Below are positions 18,859-28,209 of a stretch of DNA of 64,000 nucleotides, in pieces. The DNA is from Clostridiaceae bacterium (lineage in GTDB: Bacteria > Bacillota > Clostridia > Saccharofermentanales > DTU023). The stretch covers positions 596 through 64,595 of the forward strand of contig JAAYQX010000005.1 of NCBI GenBank assembly GCA_012519085.1, read 5' to 3'. The position numbers were made by a program, and so were the translations under genes. A model generated the notes under the pieces. It saw only the letters and a program-made list of their open reading frames with translations. It had not been told where the DNA came from and did not search any database. The stretch's first letter is position 1; each line of letters starts with the position of its first letter.

Positions 18859-19094
18859 GAGGTGAGCAGATTATTACCGACATCTGATCTATGCTTGTCC
18901 AAGTATCTGATCTCACATAAGCATAAATTCTGATTCATGTGAGCAGATTTTATCTTCTGCTCTCTATTGACATACCTAAACTGATCCTAAAATAACAATT
19001 CACTCAGCAGCATTAAATGTTCCGGTTTCCCCTTTCGCAATCAGTGATAGAATTGAATTGTTAGTGCAAAACAGAAATCAAATGGGAGGTTAAA

Positions 19095-21080
19095 ATGTCA
19101 CAAGACTTGTATCAGCAAGCCATAAATACTGCCAGGGCACTGTCGATTGAGGCTATAGAAGCAGCCAATTCAGGTCATCCGGGTTTACCCCTGGGAGCAG
19201 CTCCAACATTATTTGAACTATATTTCAATCATTTGCAGCATAATCCTCTTAATCCGGAATGGCTAAACCGGGATCGCTTCATAATGTCAGCCGGTCATGG
19301 CTCTGCCCTGTTATATAGTGTGTTGCACCTTTTAGGCTATCAGATATCCAGCACTGATCTTAAGCAATTTCGCCAACTTGGCAGCAATACGCCGGGACAT
19401 CCCGAATACGGCTGCACACCCGGAGTTGAAATGACAACCGGCCCGCTGGGGCAAGGCTTAGCTACCGCAGTGGGTATGGCTATGGCTGAGATGCATCTGG
19501 CTGCCAGATATAATCGACCCGATTTTCCTGTCATTGACCACTATACCTATGTTTTAGCAGGTGATGGCGATCTGATGGAGGGGATCAGTTATGAAGCATC
19601 ATCCCTGGCCGGACATTTCGGTCTGGGCAAATTGATCGTACTCTATGATGACAATAAAATAACTATTGATGGCTCAACTGATATAACTTTCACAGAAGAT
19701 ATAACGACACGTTACCAATCCTGCGGCTGGCAGGTCCTAACTGTAGATAATGGAGAGGATACAACTGCTATCAGTCTGGCACTTGAGGCTGCCAGATCTA
19801 ATACTGATCAGCCCAGCTTAATTGTCGTCCGCACAATAATCGGCAATTTCAGTCCTCTGGCAGGCGATGCCAAATCTCACGGAGCTCCGTTAGGAAGCGC
19901 TGCCGTAGAATCCACTCTATTACAATTAGGATTTCCTACCGAACGCGCAGCATTCACCGTCTCCGCTGAAGTAAAAGAATTCATGCAGGAGCGACAAAAT
20001 CTCCTGGCTCAAGCAGAAGAAAAATGGCAGAGACTTTATCAAACTTGGAAAAGTACTTTTCCTGATTTGGCTGCTGAATTTGAAAAAAATCTGGCCGGCA
20101 ATCTGCCCGCAGATTTGTCTTTGGATACAATTAGTTCTTTAAGTGAAAATCAACCAACCAGAGTGCATTCCGGGCGAGTTTTAAACTTCCTCAACCGAAA
20201 ATTATCAAATCTGATCGGCGGTTCTGCTGACCTGGCCAGCTCCAATAATGCCGTGCTCGAAGGAGAAGGCAGCTTCAGTAACGCTACTCCCGAGGGAAAA
20301 AATATTCACTTCGGAGTGAGGGAACACGCCATGGGTGCTATTGTCAATGGTCTTATCCTGTATGGCGGACTTCGTTCCTTTGCCGCTACTTTCATGATCT
20401 TCTCAGACTATATGAAACCATCTATTCGTTTATCCGCTCTGATGAATATTCCCGCCCTATACATCTTGACCCATGACAGCATAGGTGTTGGCGAAGATGG
20501 TCCGACCCATCAGCCTATCGAGCAGTTAGCTGCTCTGCGTGCCACGCCTAATCTCAATGTCTTCCGCCCTGCAGACGGCTATGAAGTTGCCGCCGGATAT
20601 CAGCTTTGGCTCACCAGCCAAAAGCCAACTGCTTTGATTCTGAGCAGACAGAAACTGGCATATGTCGGGGGTAACTTCCGGGGTGCTCTGAAAGGTGCCT
20701 ATATCCTTAAAGACTCCGATCATTTCCAGCTGATCCTGATGGCAAGCGGATCTGAAGTGAGTTTGATTATAGAGGCCGCAGAGATACTGGAAAAGGAGAA
20801 TATCAAGGTCAGAGTAGTTTCCATGCCCTGCCAAAACCTTTTTGCGGAACAGGATCAATCCTATCAAGATCTGATATTACCTCCCACATGCAATCGAAGG
20901 CTGGCTGTAGAAGCTGCCTCTTCATTTGGCTGGCATAAATATATAGGCCTAAATGGTACTATCATTGGACTGGACTGTTTTGGTGTCTCAAGCAAGGGAT
21001 CAGAATTATTCAAACACTTCGGCTTTACCGCTGAAGCGATTGCCTCAAAGGCCAAACAGCTGTTGAACAATAAGAACTGA
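19095..21080 (+). CDS. tkt: Transketolase
   Basis: 661 aa with a GGGAGG RBS. It has the ThDP-binding motifs SGHPG, GDGDLMEG and the pyrimidine-binding/C-terminal domains (...FGVREHAMGAI...THDSIGVGEDGPTHQP...). Confidence 0.96.
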   Translation: MSQDLYQQAINTARALSIEAIEAANSGHPGLPLGAAPTLFELYFNHLQHNPLNPEWLNRDRFIMSAGHGSALLYSVLHLLGYQISSTDLKQFRQLGSNTPGHPEYGCTPGVEMTTGPLGQGLATAVGMAMAEMHLAARYNRPDFPVIDHYTYVLAGDGDLMEGISYEASSLAGHFGLGKLIVLYDDNKITIDGSTDITFTEDITTRYQSCGWQVLTVDNGEDTTAISLALEAARSNTDQPSLIVVRTIIGNFSPLAGDAKSHGAPLGSAAVESTLLQLGFPTERAAFTVSAEVKEFMQERQNLLAQAEEKWQRLYQTWKSTFPDLAAEFEKNLAGNLPADLSLDTISSLSENQPTRVHSGRVLNFLNRKLSNLIGGSADLASSNNAVLEGEGSFSNATPEGKNIHFGVREHAMGAIVNGLILYGGLRSFAATFMIFSDYMKPSIRLSALMNIPALYILTHDSIGVGEDGPTHQPIEQLAALRATPNLNVFRPADGYEVAAGYQLWLTSQKPTALILSRQKLAYVGGNFRGALKGAYILKDSDHFQLILMASGSEVSLIIEAAEILEKENIKVRVVSMPCQNLFAEQDQSYQDLILPPTCNRRLAVEAASSFGWHKYIGLNGTIIGLDCFGVSSKGSELFKHFGFTAEAIASKAKQLLNNKN

Positions 21081-21095
21081 CATCAAAAAACAAAA

Positions 21096-21126
21096 CCCCT
21101 GTAACATATCAGTTGCAGGGGTTTTA
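21096..21126 (+). terminator. Rho-independent terminator after tkt
   Basis: CCCCTGTAAC-atatca-GTTGCAGGGG-TTTT, a 10-bp stem with one G-U pair. Confidence 0.8.
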
Positions 21127-21129
21127 ACT

Positions 21130-21204
21130 TGGAGCCGAAGGTGAGGATTGAACTCACGACCTATTCATTACGAGTGAATTGCTCTACCACTGAGCCACTT
21201 CGGC
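21130..21204 (-). tRNA. tRNA-Thr (anticodon CGT)
   Basis: The reverse complement GCCGAAGTGGCTCAGTGGTAGAGCAATTCACTCGTAATGAATAGGTCGTGAGTTCAATCCTCACCTTCGGCTCCA folds into a 75-nt cloverleaf. The anticodon loop is CT-CGT-AA and the CCA is encoded. Confidence 0.92.
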
Positions 21205-21226
21205 ACAAGTCAAAATAAGCCATTAA

Positions 21227-21255
21227 ATGATAGCAAGCAAGCACATTACTGTCAA
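21227..21255 (-). promoter_or_regulatory. Sigma-A promoter for tRNA-Thr
   Basis: The minus strand reads TTGACA-17 nt-TATCAT, about 22 nt upstream of the tRNA 5' end. Confidence 0.55.
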
Positions 21256-21272
21256 ATTGTGCTGCGTCGATA

Positions 21273-24158
21273 TTAGCCTTTTTGCATCATTTTTTCGTTA
21301 TCGGAGTTCAAATGGCAGTTCTTATATTTTTTGCCGCTGCCGCACCAACAGGGATCATTTCTACCGGGAATATAGTCCTTTCGCACTGGCTGTTGCGTAG
21401 GTGGAGCTGCAGCTGCCGCTAGATCAGGTCTGGCTCGGCGGGCACGGCGGCTCATTTTGCCTCCTTCATTGTCCGCAGATCCTGCTACTTCCGCCAGGGC
21501 TGAAAAGCCTGATGATCCTCTACCCTCTGTCAAGTCAGTATGTCTGGCTCCTTTTCTTCTGCTGGAATCATCCGCAGTCAGGCGGGCACGCATAATCAGA
21601 CGGACAGCATCCTCTTTGATACCATTAGTCATAGCCTCAAACATATCGAAGCCTTCTCTTTTATATTCCACGACCGGATCATGCTGGGCATAGCCTCTCA
21701 TACCAATACTGTCTCGCAGATCGTCCATGGCATCAATATGGTCCATCCAATGATTGTCTACAGTCTGCAGTAGAATCAGCCGTTCCGCTTCACGCAAGAG
21801 CTCAGGAGAGCCCAATTCAACTGCCCTACTCTCCAAATGTGCCAGAGCTTCTTCTGTCAACTGACGGTTGAGCTCTTCGCCATCAATTTGTCTTTCGGCT
21901 TTGAGTAGATAAGCTAAAGACGGCAGTTCACCAAACAAATCATGCAAGCGTGTGATCAAGGCAGCCTTGTCCCAATTAGCGGTATCAGCTTCACCGGCAA
22001 TAAAGTCAAGCAGAATATTTCTCATCAGCTCCGTAACAATGCCACGATAGTAATCATGGAGATCCTTGCCTTCCAATACTTCACGGCGCTGTTTGTATAT
22101 GAGATTGCGCTGCTGATTCATTACGTCGTCATATTCAAGCACATTTTTTCTGATCGCAAAGTTTCTGCCTTCGACCCGCTTCTGTGCAGTTTCGATTACA
22201 CGGCTCAACATAGGATGGTCAATTTGCATATCCTCATCGACGCCGAGTGTTTCAAACATCCGCTCCAGACGCTCCCCGCCGAACAGTCTCATCAGATCAT
22301 CTTCCAGGGATAGATAAAAGATGCTTTTGCCAGGATCACCTTGTCTGCCGGCACGTCCCCTCAGCTGATTATCAATGCGCCGTGATTCATGCCTCTCCGT
22401 ACCAACTATATAAAGGCCACCCTTAGCGATTACCTGTTGCTTTTCTTCTTTGATGTCAGCAGCAAAGTTGGCATTCAACTCGGAATACAGCGCCCGAGCC
22501 TCCAGAATTGTCTGATCATCAGTAATATTATGAGCAGTTGAAGCCTCAATTAATTCCTCATCAATGCCCCTGCGGCGCATTTCCTGTTTGGCCAAAAATT
22601 CGGGATTACCACCCAGAAGGATGTCGGTACCTCTGCCTGCCATATTGGTGGCAATAGTAACTGCACCCAAGCGACCGGCCTGGGCGACGATCTCCGCTTC
22701 CCGTTCATGATTCTTAGCATTCAAGACATTGTGCCGAACACCCGCTCTGGAGAAAAGACTTGATAAATATTCCGATTTTTCTACAGATACTGTGCCCACC
22801 AGAACCGGTTGCCCAGTGGCATTAGCCGCTCGAACCTCTTCCAGCAAATTCCTGTATTTACCTGCTTGTGTCTTGTATACAGCATCGGCCTGGTCCGTTC
22901 TGATCATTGGCATATTAGTAGGAATTGTTATGACATCCAGATTATAAATTTGTCTGAATTCATCTTCTTCAGTCAAAGCCGTACCTGTCATGCCCGAGAG
23001 CTTACTGTACATCCGGAAATAATTTTGGAATGTGATAGTAGCTAAAGTCTTGTTTTCTTTTTTAATCTTGACATTCTCTTTCGCTTCAATCGCCTGATGT
23101 AAACCATTGCTATATCTGCGACCGGGCATCAATCGGCCTGTAAAATCGTCCACAATGATAACTTCATCATCAGCTACTACATAATCCTCATCAAGACGCA
23201 TTGTGCCATGTGCTTTCAATGCATTGTTGATATGGTGGTTAATCTCATAATTCTCCTGATCTGACAGATTGCCAATTTGGAAAAAAGCTTCCGCTTTAGC
23301 AACGCCTTTTTGTGTCAGGACAGCTGTCTTAGCCTTTTCGTCGACAATATAATCAGCATCACCTTCCAGATCGGATATTTCTTCGGCGGAACGCATAGTG
23401 CCGGTTTCTTTGATTCTTTTCTCTTTCAATCTCCTGACAAAACCATCTGCGCTGCGATAAAGCTCAGAAGATTCGCTGCCGCGACCGGAAATAATCAAGG
23501 GTGTTCTCGCCTCATCTATCAGAATACTGTCAACCTCATCAACGATGGCAAAATTCAGCTCTCTTTGAACCAGATCTTCTAGACGCAAAACCATATTATC
23601 CCGCAGATAATCAAAGCCGAACTCATTATTGGTGCCATAGGTCAAATCAGAGGCATAGGCTGCCTGTTTGGCCGGCTTATCCAATCCATGAACGACAAGA
23701 CCTACAGATAGGCCCAGATAACGGTAGATTTTACCCATCCATTCGCTATCGCGTGTAGCCAGATAGTCATTGACCGTCACAATATGAACACCTTTACCCG
23801 TCAAGGCATTGAGATAAACCGGCAGGGTGGCAACCAGAGTCTTACCTTCACCGGTTCTCATTTCAGCAATTCTGCCCTGATGCAGAACAATACCTCCCTG
23901 CAACTGTACGGGAAAATGCCTCAGCCCCAGAACCCTATCCCCCGCTTCTCTGACCACAGCAAAAGCTTCGGGCAGCAAAGAATCCAGATCTTCTCCTCGT
24001 GCCAATCTCTGTTTAAATTCATTTGTCTTATTTTTCAGCGCGTCCTCACTGAGCTCTTTATAAGCTGTTTCCAGGCTCATAATATGAGAAACAGTACCCT
24101 TTAACCGCTTCAATTCTCGCTCAGAATAGGTGCCAAATATTTTATTCAATATGCTCAT
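21273..24158 (-). CDS. secA: Preprotein translocase ATPase SecA
   Basis: 961 aa with DEAD-like motor motifs ([43 protein letters not shown]) and a C-terminal zinc-binding tail [13 protein letters not shown]. Confidence 0.97.
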   Translation of the reverse strand: MSILNKIFGTYSERELKRLKGTVSHIMSLETAYKELSEDALKNKTNEFKQRLARGEDLDSLLPEAFAVVREAGDRVLGLRHFPVQLQGGIVLHQGRIAEMRTGEGKTLVATLPVYLNALTGKGVHIVTVNDYLATRDSEWMGKIYRYLGLSVGLVVHGLDKPAKQAAYASDLTYGTNNEFGFDYLRDNMVLRLEDLVQRELNFAIVDEVDSILIDEARTPLIISGRGSESSELYRSADGFVRRLKEKRIKETGTMRSAEEISDLEGDADYIVDEKAKTAVLTQKGVAKAEAFFQIGNLSDQENYEINHHINNALKAHGTMRLDEDYVVADDEVIIVDDFTGRLMPGRRYSNGLHQAIEAKENVKIKKENKTLATITFQNYFRMYSKLSGMTGTALTEEDEFRQIYNLDVITIPTNMPMIRTDQADAVYKTQAGKYRNLLEEVRAANATGQPVLVGTVSVEKSEYLSSLFSRAGVRHNVLNAKNHEREAEIVAQAGRLGAVTIATNMAGRGTDILLGGNPEFLAKQEMRRRGIDEELIEASTAHNITDDQTILEARALYSELNANFAADIKEEKQQVIAKGGLYIVGTERHESRRIDNQLRGRAGRQGDPGKSIFYLSLEDDLMRLFGGERLERMFETLGVDEDMQIDHPMLSRVIETAQKRVEGRNFAIRKNVLEYDDVMNQQRNLIYKQRREVLEGKDLHDYYRGIVTELMRNILLDFIAGEADTANWDKAALITRLHDLFGELPSLAYLLKAERQIDGEELNRQLTEEALAHLESRAVELGSPELLREAERLILLQTVDNHWMDHIDAMDDLRDSIGMRGYAQHDPVVEYKREGFDMFEAMTNGIKEDAVRLIMRARLTADDSSRRKGARHTDLTEGRGSSGFSALAEVAGSADNEGGKMSRRARRARPDLAAAAAPPTQQPVRKDYIPGRNDPCWCGSGKKYKNCHLNSDNEKMMQKG

Positions 24159-24232
24159 AAGTCTCTTATTCTCCTGACCAAATCATGTTAATGATACGTC
24201 AGCAACATCACTTAGACAAGAAGAGACAATTT

Positions 24233-25252
24233 CTATTCGTGATCTTGGTAACGCATGCTTGAGCCATATTTTCTGATCTGCAGTTCTATGGAATAACTTG
24301 CTGCCAGCCTATACCATTCATCTTGCTGGGACTGATCAAGCCACTGGGGATGATTATTGGGGATGACTAAAATTAGCTGTTTTCTACTGATTTGAGCCGG
24401 CACCAGGTATTCCCGTCCTTTGCTTGTGAGCTTGGCGCCTTGAAAATTAGCTAAATTAATAAGATGTCGTTCCAGCTGGGCAGTTGTGTATGAGGAAGAA
24501 TTATAACTGGGTGCGGTTAAATCTATACTCTTAATTGCAGTTGCCGTCATTCCATCCCAGGCGGCGATCACAGGAAAATTGAACGGCAGATTTGCTCCGT
24601 ATTTGTCACGAAAGATCTGCCCACGGGTAAAATTACTCAGACTCCAGATATCATCCTGATCTGAATTACCATCATCTGTCTCTTCCAGTCCTTCACCTAT
24701 TTGGCTCTTTGCCAATCCTGAAGTCCAGAGAGGAATAATACCATGTACTGTTTTACTGATCGGGCCAAGCACGGTATTCTGACGGTATTTTACCAGCAGA
24801 TTGAGCATATTGTCCTCGCTATTCCAATCCAGAATTAATTTTCTCCTGTGGCCGATCAGATCAAGCCCCAGCCCTGTTCGAGCCTCGCTCAGCCAATAGT
24901 CAATACGACTGTTAATCAAGTTGCCAAACATCAATGAAGAACCGAGATCTACAACCATATCACGTATAATATGCGCCGCTCCCGGAATTGGTAATATCTC
25001 AACCAATATCTGAGGGATATCATTTGTCTTTGCCAGCACAGGAGAGGCAATTACCTCAGCAGCGGGCAGTAACAGGGCAATTTCTTCACAAGTCTGGTCC
25101 AGAGCATAGCGCAGAAGACTGTCTTCCCTTACCAAACGAATCGCAGAAAGCAAAAAGAAAATGAGTGTCAGAATTATGGGCAAAACAATAGCTGCTTCTA
25201 AGGTAGCCATACCGCTGTTTCTATTCTCTCTAAATTCGCTTTTACTTATCAT
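24233..25252 (-). CDS. TadE-like N-terminal domain protein with an uncharacterised ~150-aa C-terminal domain
   Basis: 339 aa. The N-terminus ...NSGMATLEAAIVLPIILTLIFFLLSAI matches the TadE/pseudopilin-type signature (G-x-A-T-[LV]-E-x-A-[IL]-V-L-P plus a TM helix). An acidic linker (EETDDGNSDQDD) precedes a distinct C-terminal domain (...FTRGQIFRDKYGANLPFNFPVIAAWDGMTATAIKSIDLTAPSY...RKQLILVIPNN...). Confidence 0.6.
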   Translation of the reverse strand: MISKSEFRENRNSGMATLEAAIVLPIILTLIFFLLSAIRLVREDSLLRYALDQTCEEIALLLPAAEVIASPVLAKTNDIPQILVEILPIPGAAHIIRDMVVDLGSSLMFGNLINSRIDYWLSEARTGLGLDLIGHRRKLILDWNSEDNMLNLLVKYRQNTVLGPISKTVHGIIPLWTSGLAKSQIGEGLEETDDGNSDQDDIWSLSNFTRGQIFRDKYGANLPFNFPVIAAWDGMTATAIKSIDLTAPSYNSSSYTTAQLERHLINLANFQGAKLTSKGREYLVPAQISRKQLILVIPNNHPQWLDQSQQDEWYRLAASYSIELQIRKYGSSMRYQDHE

Positions 25253-25273
25253 TTTCCATACCTGACTTGCATC

Positions 25274-26641
25274 TTATCTGACGTCATTCGCTTGGTAGCC
25301 TCCCTCAAGGCTAAAGACCTTGCCTTGTTGAGTAACGGTTTCGGCTTTTAATCTGATCCAAGCAGGACCGGGGTGATGACGTCGGATGATTGCTCCCATT
25401 CTGGATAGTATTTCCTCCTCGGACTGTACCAGCATAAACAGAAGTAGATAATCGTGATAATACAGGATTACTGAAGATCGCTCCCCCGGCCGGAAGGAAA
25501 CCCCATAGCCGCGTCTAAGCCTGTTCACATCGCGGCTTCCATCGGCAACTGCTCTTGCTATCAACATCAAATATTCAAATGGTTCCGGAGGCAAAACTAT
25601 TGTTCCTAAGGAAATCACGGCAATTCCGGCAACAAATCCCCTGGCAGCCAGACGGTATGTAAAGCGCAAAGCTTTATCCTTAGCATGGTGAGCCAATTGG
25701 ATTAGTGAGCGCAAGATAATCAGCTTGGACTTGACCTCATCAGCAGCTCGTTTACCGGGACGTCCAGTCAGTATCTCTTCCAGTTCATATGGTCTGGACT
25801 GAATCAGCTCCCTATGAGATCTGCCATCCGGAGTATATCTGGGAAATTCCTGTTTTGACCCGATACGGCTCGCTACTGCCGCCGGGAAATAGTCTAAAGC
25901 GTAGCCGACAATATATAGCTTATCGAGTGCTGTAGTGTTCGGTACGGCCAAAACCGAATCAAAAACCGAGGCCAGCCTAGACATACTCTCAGGATCAAAA
26001 AAATCAGGTTTATCACCGGCAGTAATATCACCCTTTTTATCATAGATATGAACCGGCATCAGGGTCGATGCAATTTTGTTGTAAAGCGGAGTAATCTCTT
26101 CTGCCAAATATTCATCCAGCTCCTCTTCCCATTCAGGATCAGCAGGAAGTTTTGCGGTGAGATGATCTTGGGCTTCTGCATAACCATCTTCCGAGAACAG
26201 ATCATTCAGAGAACCTGTCAATGAATTGCTGTCAGCGATCTGCACCTGACTGATGCGATGCGAAATTCCCTGAATTATCTCGGCAGGGAATCTAAGCTTC
26301 ATATGTCTCAATATTTGCTCACAGAGCAATTTGTTTTCAAACAGAGTCTGCACTCCCGTGATCTGAATTGCGGCAGTATTGTCATAATGTGCAGTAGGCA
26401 GACTGTCAAAGGATTCATTTAGTGCGAAAAGACCGAAATCCTGCCACAGATTCTGATCAAAGCGAGCTAGATTCAGTTCCAGATTAGCAGCGACCCAACG
26501 ACTGAGATCCAAATCTCTGCGATCCCTAAGAGCATTATCAAATAAGGCCAATAAGAAAAGGAAAACTACCGGCAGCAACAAGCAAAATGTTAGAGCCAGA
26601 CTGCCTGCCTGAGTCATCTTTGTTGTCGCTTTTGTTTTCAT
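25274..26641 (-). CDS. TadG-like / Firmicutes Tad-locus-associated membrane-anchored protein
   Basis: 455 aa with an N-terminal anchor TQAGSLALTFCLLLPVVFLFLLAL. The internal motifs YELEEILTG..., ...ILRSLIQLAHH... and ...YHDYLLLFMLV...SRMGAIIRRH resemble, from memory, the E-x-E-Y-I-L-x-G / Y-x-D-Y-L-R-x-F-L-L pattern of TadG-like proteins in clostridial Tad operons. Confidence 0.5.
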   Translation of the reverse strand: MKTKATTKMTQAGSLALTFCLLLPVVFLFLLALFDNALRDRRDLDLSRWVAANLELNLARFDQNLWQDFGLFALNESFDSLPTAHYDNTAAIQITGVQTLFENKLLCEQILRHMKLRFPAEIIQGISHRISQVQIADSNSLTGSLNDLFSEDGYAEAQDHLTAKLPADPEWEEELDEYLAEEITPLYNKIASTLMPVHIYDKKGDITAGDKPDFFDPESMSRLASVFDSVLAVPNTTALDKLYIVGYALDYFPAAVASRIGSKQEFPRYTPDGRSHRELIQSRPYELEEILTGRPGKRAADEVKSKLIILRSLIQLAHHAKDKALRFTYRLAARGFVAGIAVISLGTIVLPPEPFEYLMLIARAVADGSRDVNRLRRGYGVSFRPGERSSVILYYHDYLLLFMLVQSEEEILSRMGAIIRRHHPGPAWIRLKAETVTQQGKVFSLEGGYQANDVR

Positions 26642-26928
26642 GGCTGTTCAATCTGTTGTGTCATAAGAAACTTGAGGTCATGATAAAGACTCAAGCTTTC
26701 AACCATCTTTTGCGGTGAGCATTTGAGCACTGAAATGGTACCCTGCTGGACCATTTGTGTTTCCAGCCTATATAAGAAAGCGGGGTTCACCTCCTGCTTA
26801 ACAGATAGCACTGCAGCGGCAGCGCTATGTCTCGCCTTGACCGCTTCGGGAACACATAATGAACTACTCTGCAAAAACAAAGATAAAGCTAATGACATGA
26901 TAATAGATGTCTCTAATGAAAAGGCCAT
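26638..26928 (-). CDS. Small pseudopilin-like membrane protein (possible Tad minor component)
   Basis: 96 aa starting MAFSLETSIIMSLALSLFLQSS, with a Glu at position 6 followed by a hydrophobic helix. It has a GGAGGA RBS and an ATGA overlap with the 455-aa gene. Confidence 0.45.
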   Translation of the reverse strand: MAFSLETSIIMSLALSLFLQSSSLCVPEAVKARHSAAAAVLSVKQEVNPAFLYRLETQMVQQGTISVLKCSPQKMVESLSLYHDLKFLMTQQIEQP

Positions 26929-26945
26929 ACAATCCTCCTGTCCTC

Positions 26946-26973
26946 AGCATAGAAAACAGTTGTTGACTGTAAA
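26946..26973 (-). promoter_or_regulatory. Candidate promoter of the three-gene Tad-like cluster
   Basis: The minus strand reads TTTACA-16 nt-TATGCT, about 15 nt upstream of the GAGGACAGGAGGA RBS of the 96-aa ORF. Confidence 0.35.
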
Positions 26974-27008
26974 AGAAAAGTCAGGCGACAAGATATGTCA
27001 TCTGACTT
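26971..27008 (-). terminator. Candidate terminator after the MBL-hydrolase gene
   Basis: The minus strand reads AAGTCAG-a-TGAC...GTCg-c-CTGACTT followed by ttctttt. The hairpin is imperfect. Confidence 0.35.
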
Positions 27009-27038
27009 GATCAAGCTGCAAGAATAATCCGGAGAAAA

Positions 27039-27716
27039 TTAATGATGCATAAACCAATAATTTTTCTGCAATTTTTCCAAAGTAGTGGCTGACCCGTGGC
27101 CAGGTAGGACGGGCAAATCCGAGGGCAGTTCTTCTCTCAATTTCCGTAGTCGTGCCAAACTCCGGCGCATCTGTTCTTCACTGCCTCCGGCAAGATCCAT
27201 GCGCCCAATATCCGTAGCGAATACTGTGTCACCTGTAATCAAGGCAATGTAGTTCTCCCGCTCGGCATCCGGCTTGCTCAAATACAGAAAACAGCAAGAA
27301 CCTCTGGTATGCCCCGGCGTATGAAAAACACGTAAAAACAAATTATTCCCTAGTTCAATCTCTTGACCATCACGCAATAAAATATCCGGTTTTGCAATAT
27401 CAATCCCTCTGCCGAAAAAAAGTGATGCATTCAATGTTTTGTCCATGATCATGTCAGCTTCAGCTTCATGAATCATTAATTCCAGTTTCCGGTTGAAGCT
27501 TCTCCAGGCATCAGCTTTGCCCACATGATCATAGTGACCATGAGTTGCAATCAGTGCCATGACTTGATCTTTCAGTTCCACTTTTTCGGGAGGAACTGCA
27601 GGATCAATCAGTACATAACCATTTTCTGCCGCCAAGAGCCAAGCATTGCCGTAGCCATAACCTTCAGGAATCCTTTTGATCCGCGGATCTAAGTTAAATT
27701 TATTGAATGATGCCAT
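27039..27716 (-). CDS. MBL-fold metallo-hydrolase (glyoxalase II-like)
   Basis: 225 aa with the motif THGHYDHVG (HxHxDH) and downstream HTPGHT and D..GG elements. Confidence 0.85.
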   Translation of the reverse strand: MASFNKFNLDPRIKRIPEGYGYGNAWLLAAENGYVLIDPAVPPEKVELKDQVMALIATHGHYDHVGKADAWRSFNRKLELMIHEAEADMIMDKTLNASLFFGRGIDIAKPDILLRDGQEIELGNNLFLRVFHTPGHTRGSCCFLYLSKPDAERENYIALITGDTVFATDIGRMDLAGGSEEQMRRSLARLRKLREELPSDLPVLPGHGSATTLEKLQKNYWFMHH

Positions 27717-27718
27717 TT

Positions 27719-28081
27719 TTAACCACCGTGCCCTAGAATGATCATCAGTAATTCAGCTGAAGCAATATTGGTCGCATAAGGTATATTTCTAAGGTCGCAA
27801 GCCCGCAATAAAGAATTCGTAGGATAATCAACCAGGTCAGGGTCACGCAAAATGATCACCGCATCAATCTCACTATATAGTGCCTTCGCAGCGAGCTGAT
27901 CTATGGCTCCTCTGATTTCAGTCGCCATGGTATATATCTTGAGACCGGTAGCATTACTAATCAGTCTTGCGGTATTCAGAGTAGAAATCAGATTGTATTT
28001 GCTCAGTATCTGGCGGTAAGCACGACAAAGGTTTACCAGTAATCCAGTTTTTTTGTAATCTGCGAGCAATACAATATTCAT
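27719..28081 (-). CDS. Methylglyoxal synthase-like (MGS-like) domain protein, probably non-catalytic
   Basis: The start is moved to the ATG at 28081 (GGAGG, 6 nt, ATG; MNIVLLADYKK...). Overall it resembles MgsA (...ILRDPD...LLRACDLRNIPYATNIASAELL). The positions I recall as catalytic in E. coli MgsA (AHDH, PHDPD) read ADYK and DYPTN here. Confidence 0.65.
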   Translation of the reverse strand: MNIVLLADYKKTGLLVNLCRAYRQILSKYNLISTLNTARLISNATGLKIYTMATEIRGAIDQLAAKALYSEIDAVIILRDPDLVDYPTNSLLRACDLRNIPYATNIASAELLMIILGHGG

Positions 28082-28209
28082 GAGCGCCTCCATTACAAAC
28101 TCTAAAATCCTTTACAATATTGACATTTTACCATGTTACAACAAATATATTATAAACAACAAACATAGATGCCATGATTTCAGTCTATATAAGATAAGCT
28201 GATCAATTA

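Noticed and set aside
18486-18938. 150-aa minus-strand ORF rich in GVGVAVG repeats
   Set aside because: It is the reverse-complement reading of the Pro/Thr repeat tail of the L,D-transpeptidase. It has no independent start signals.
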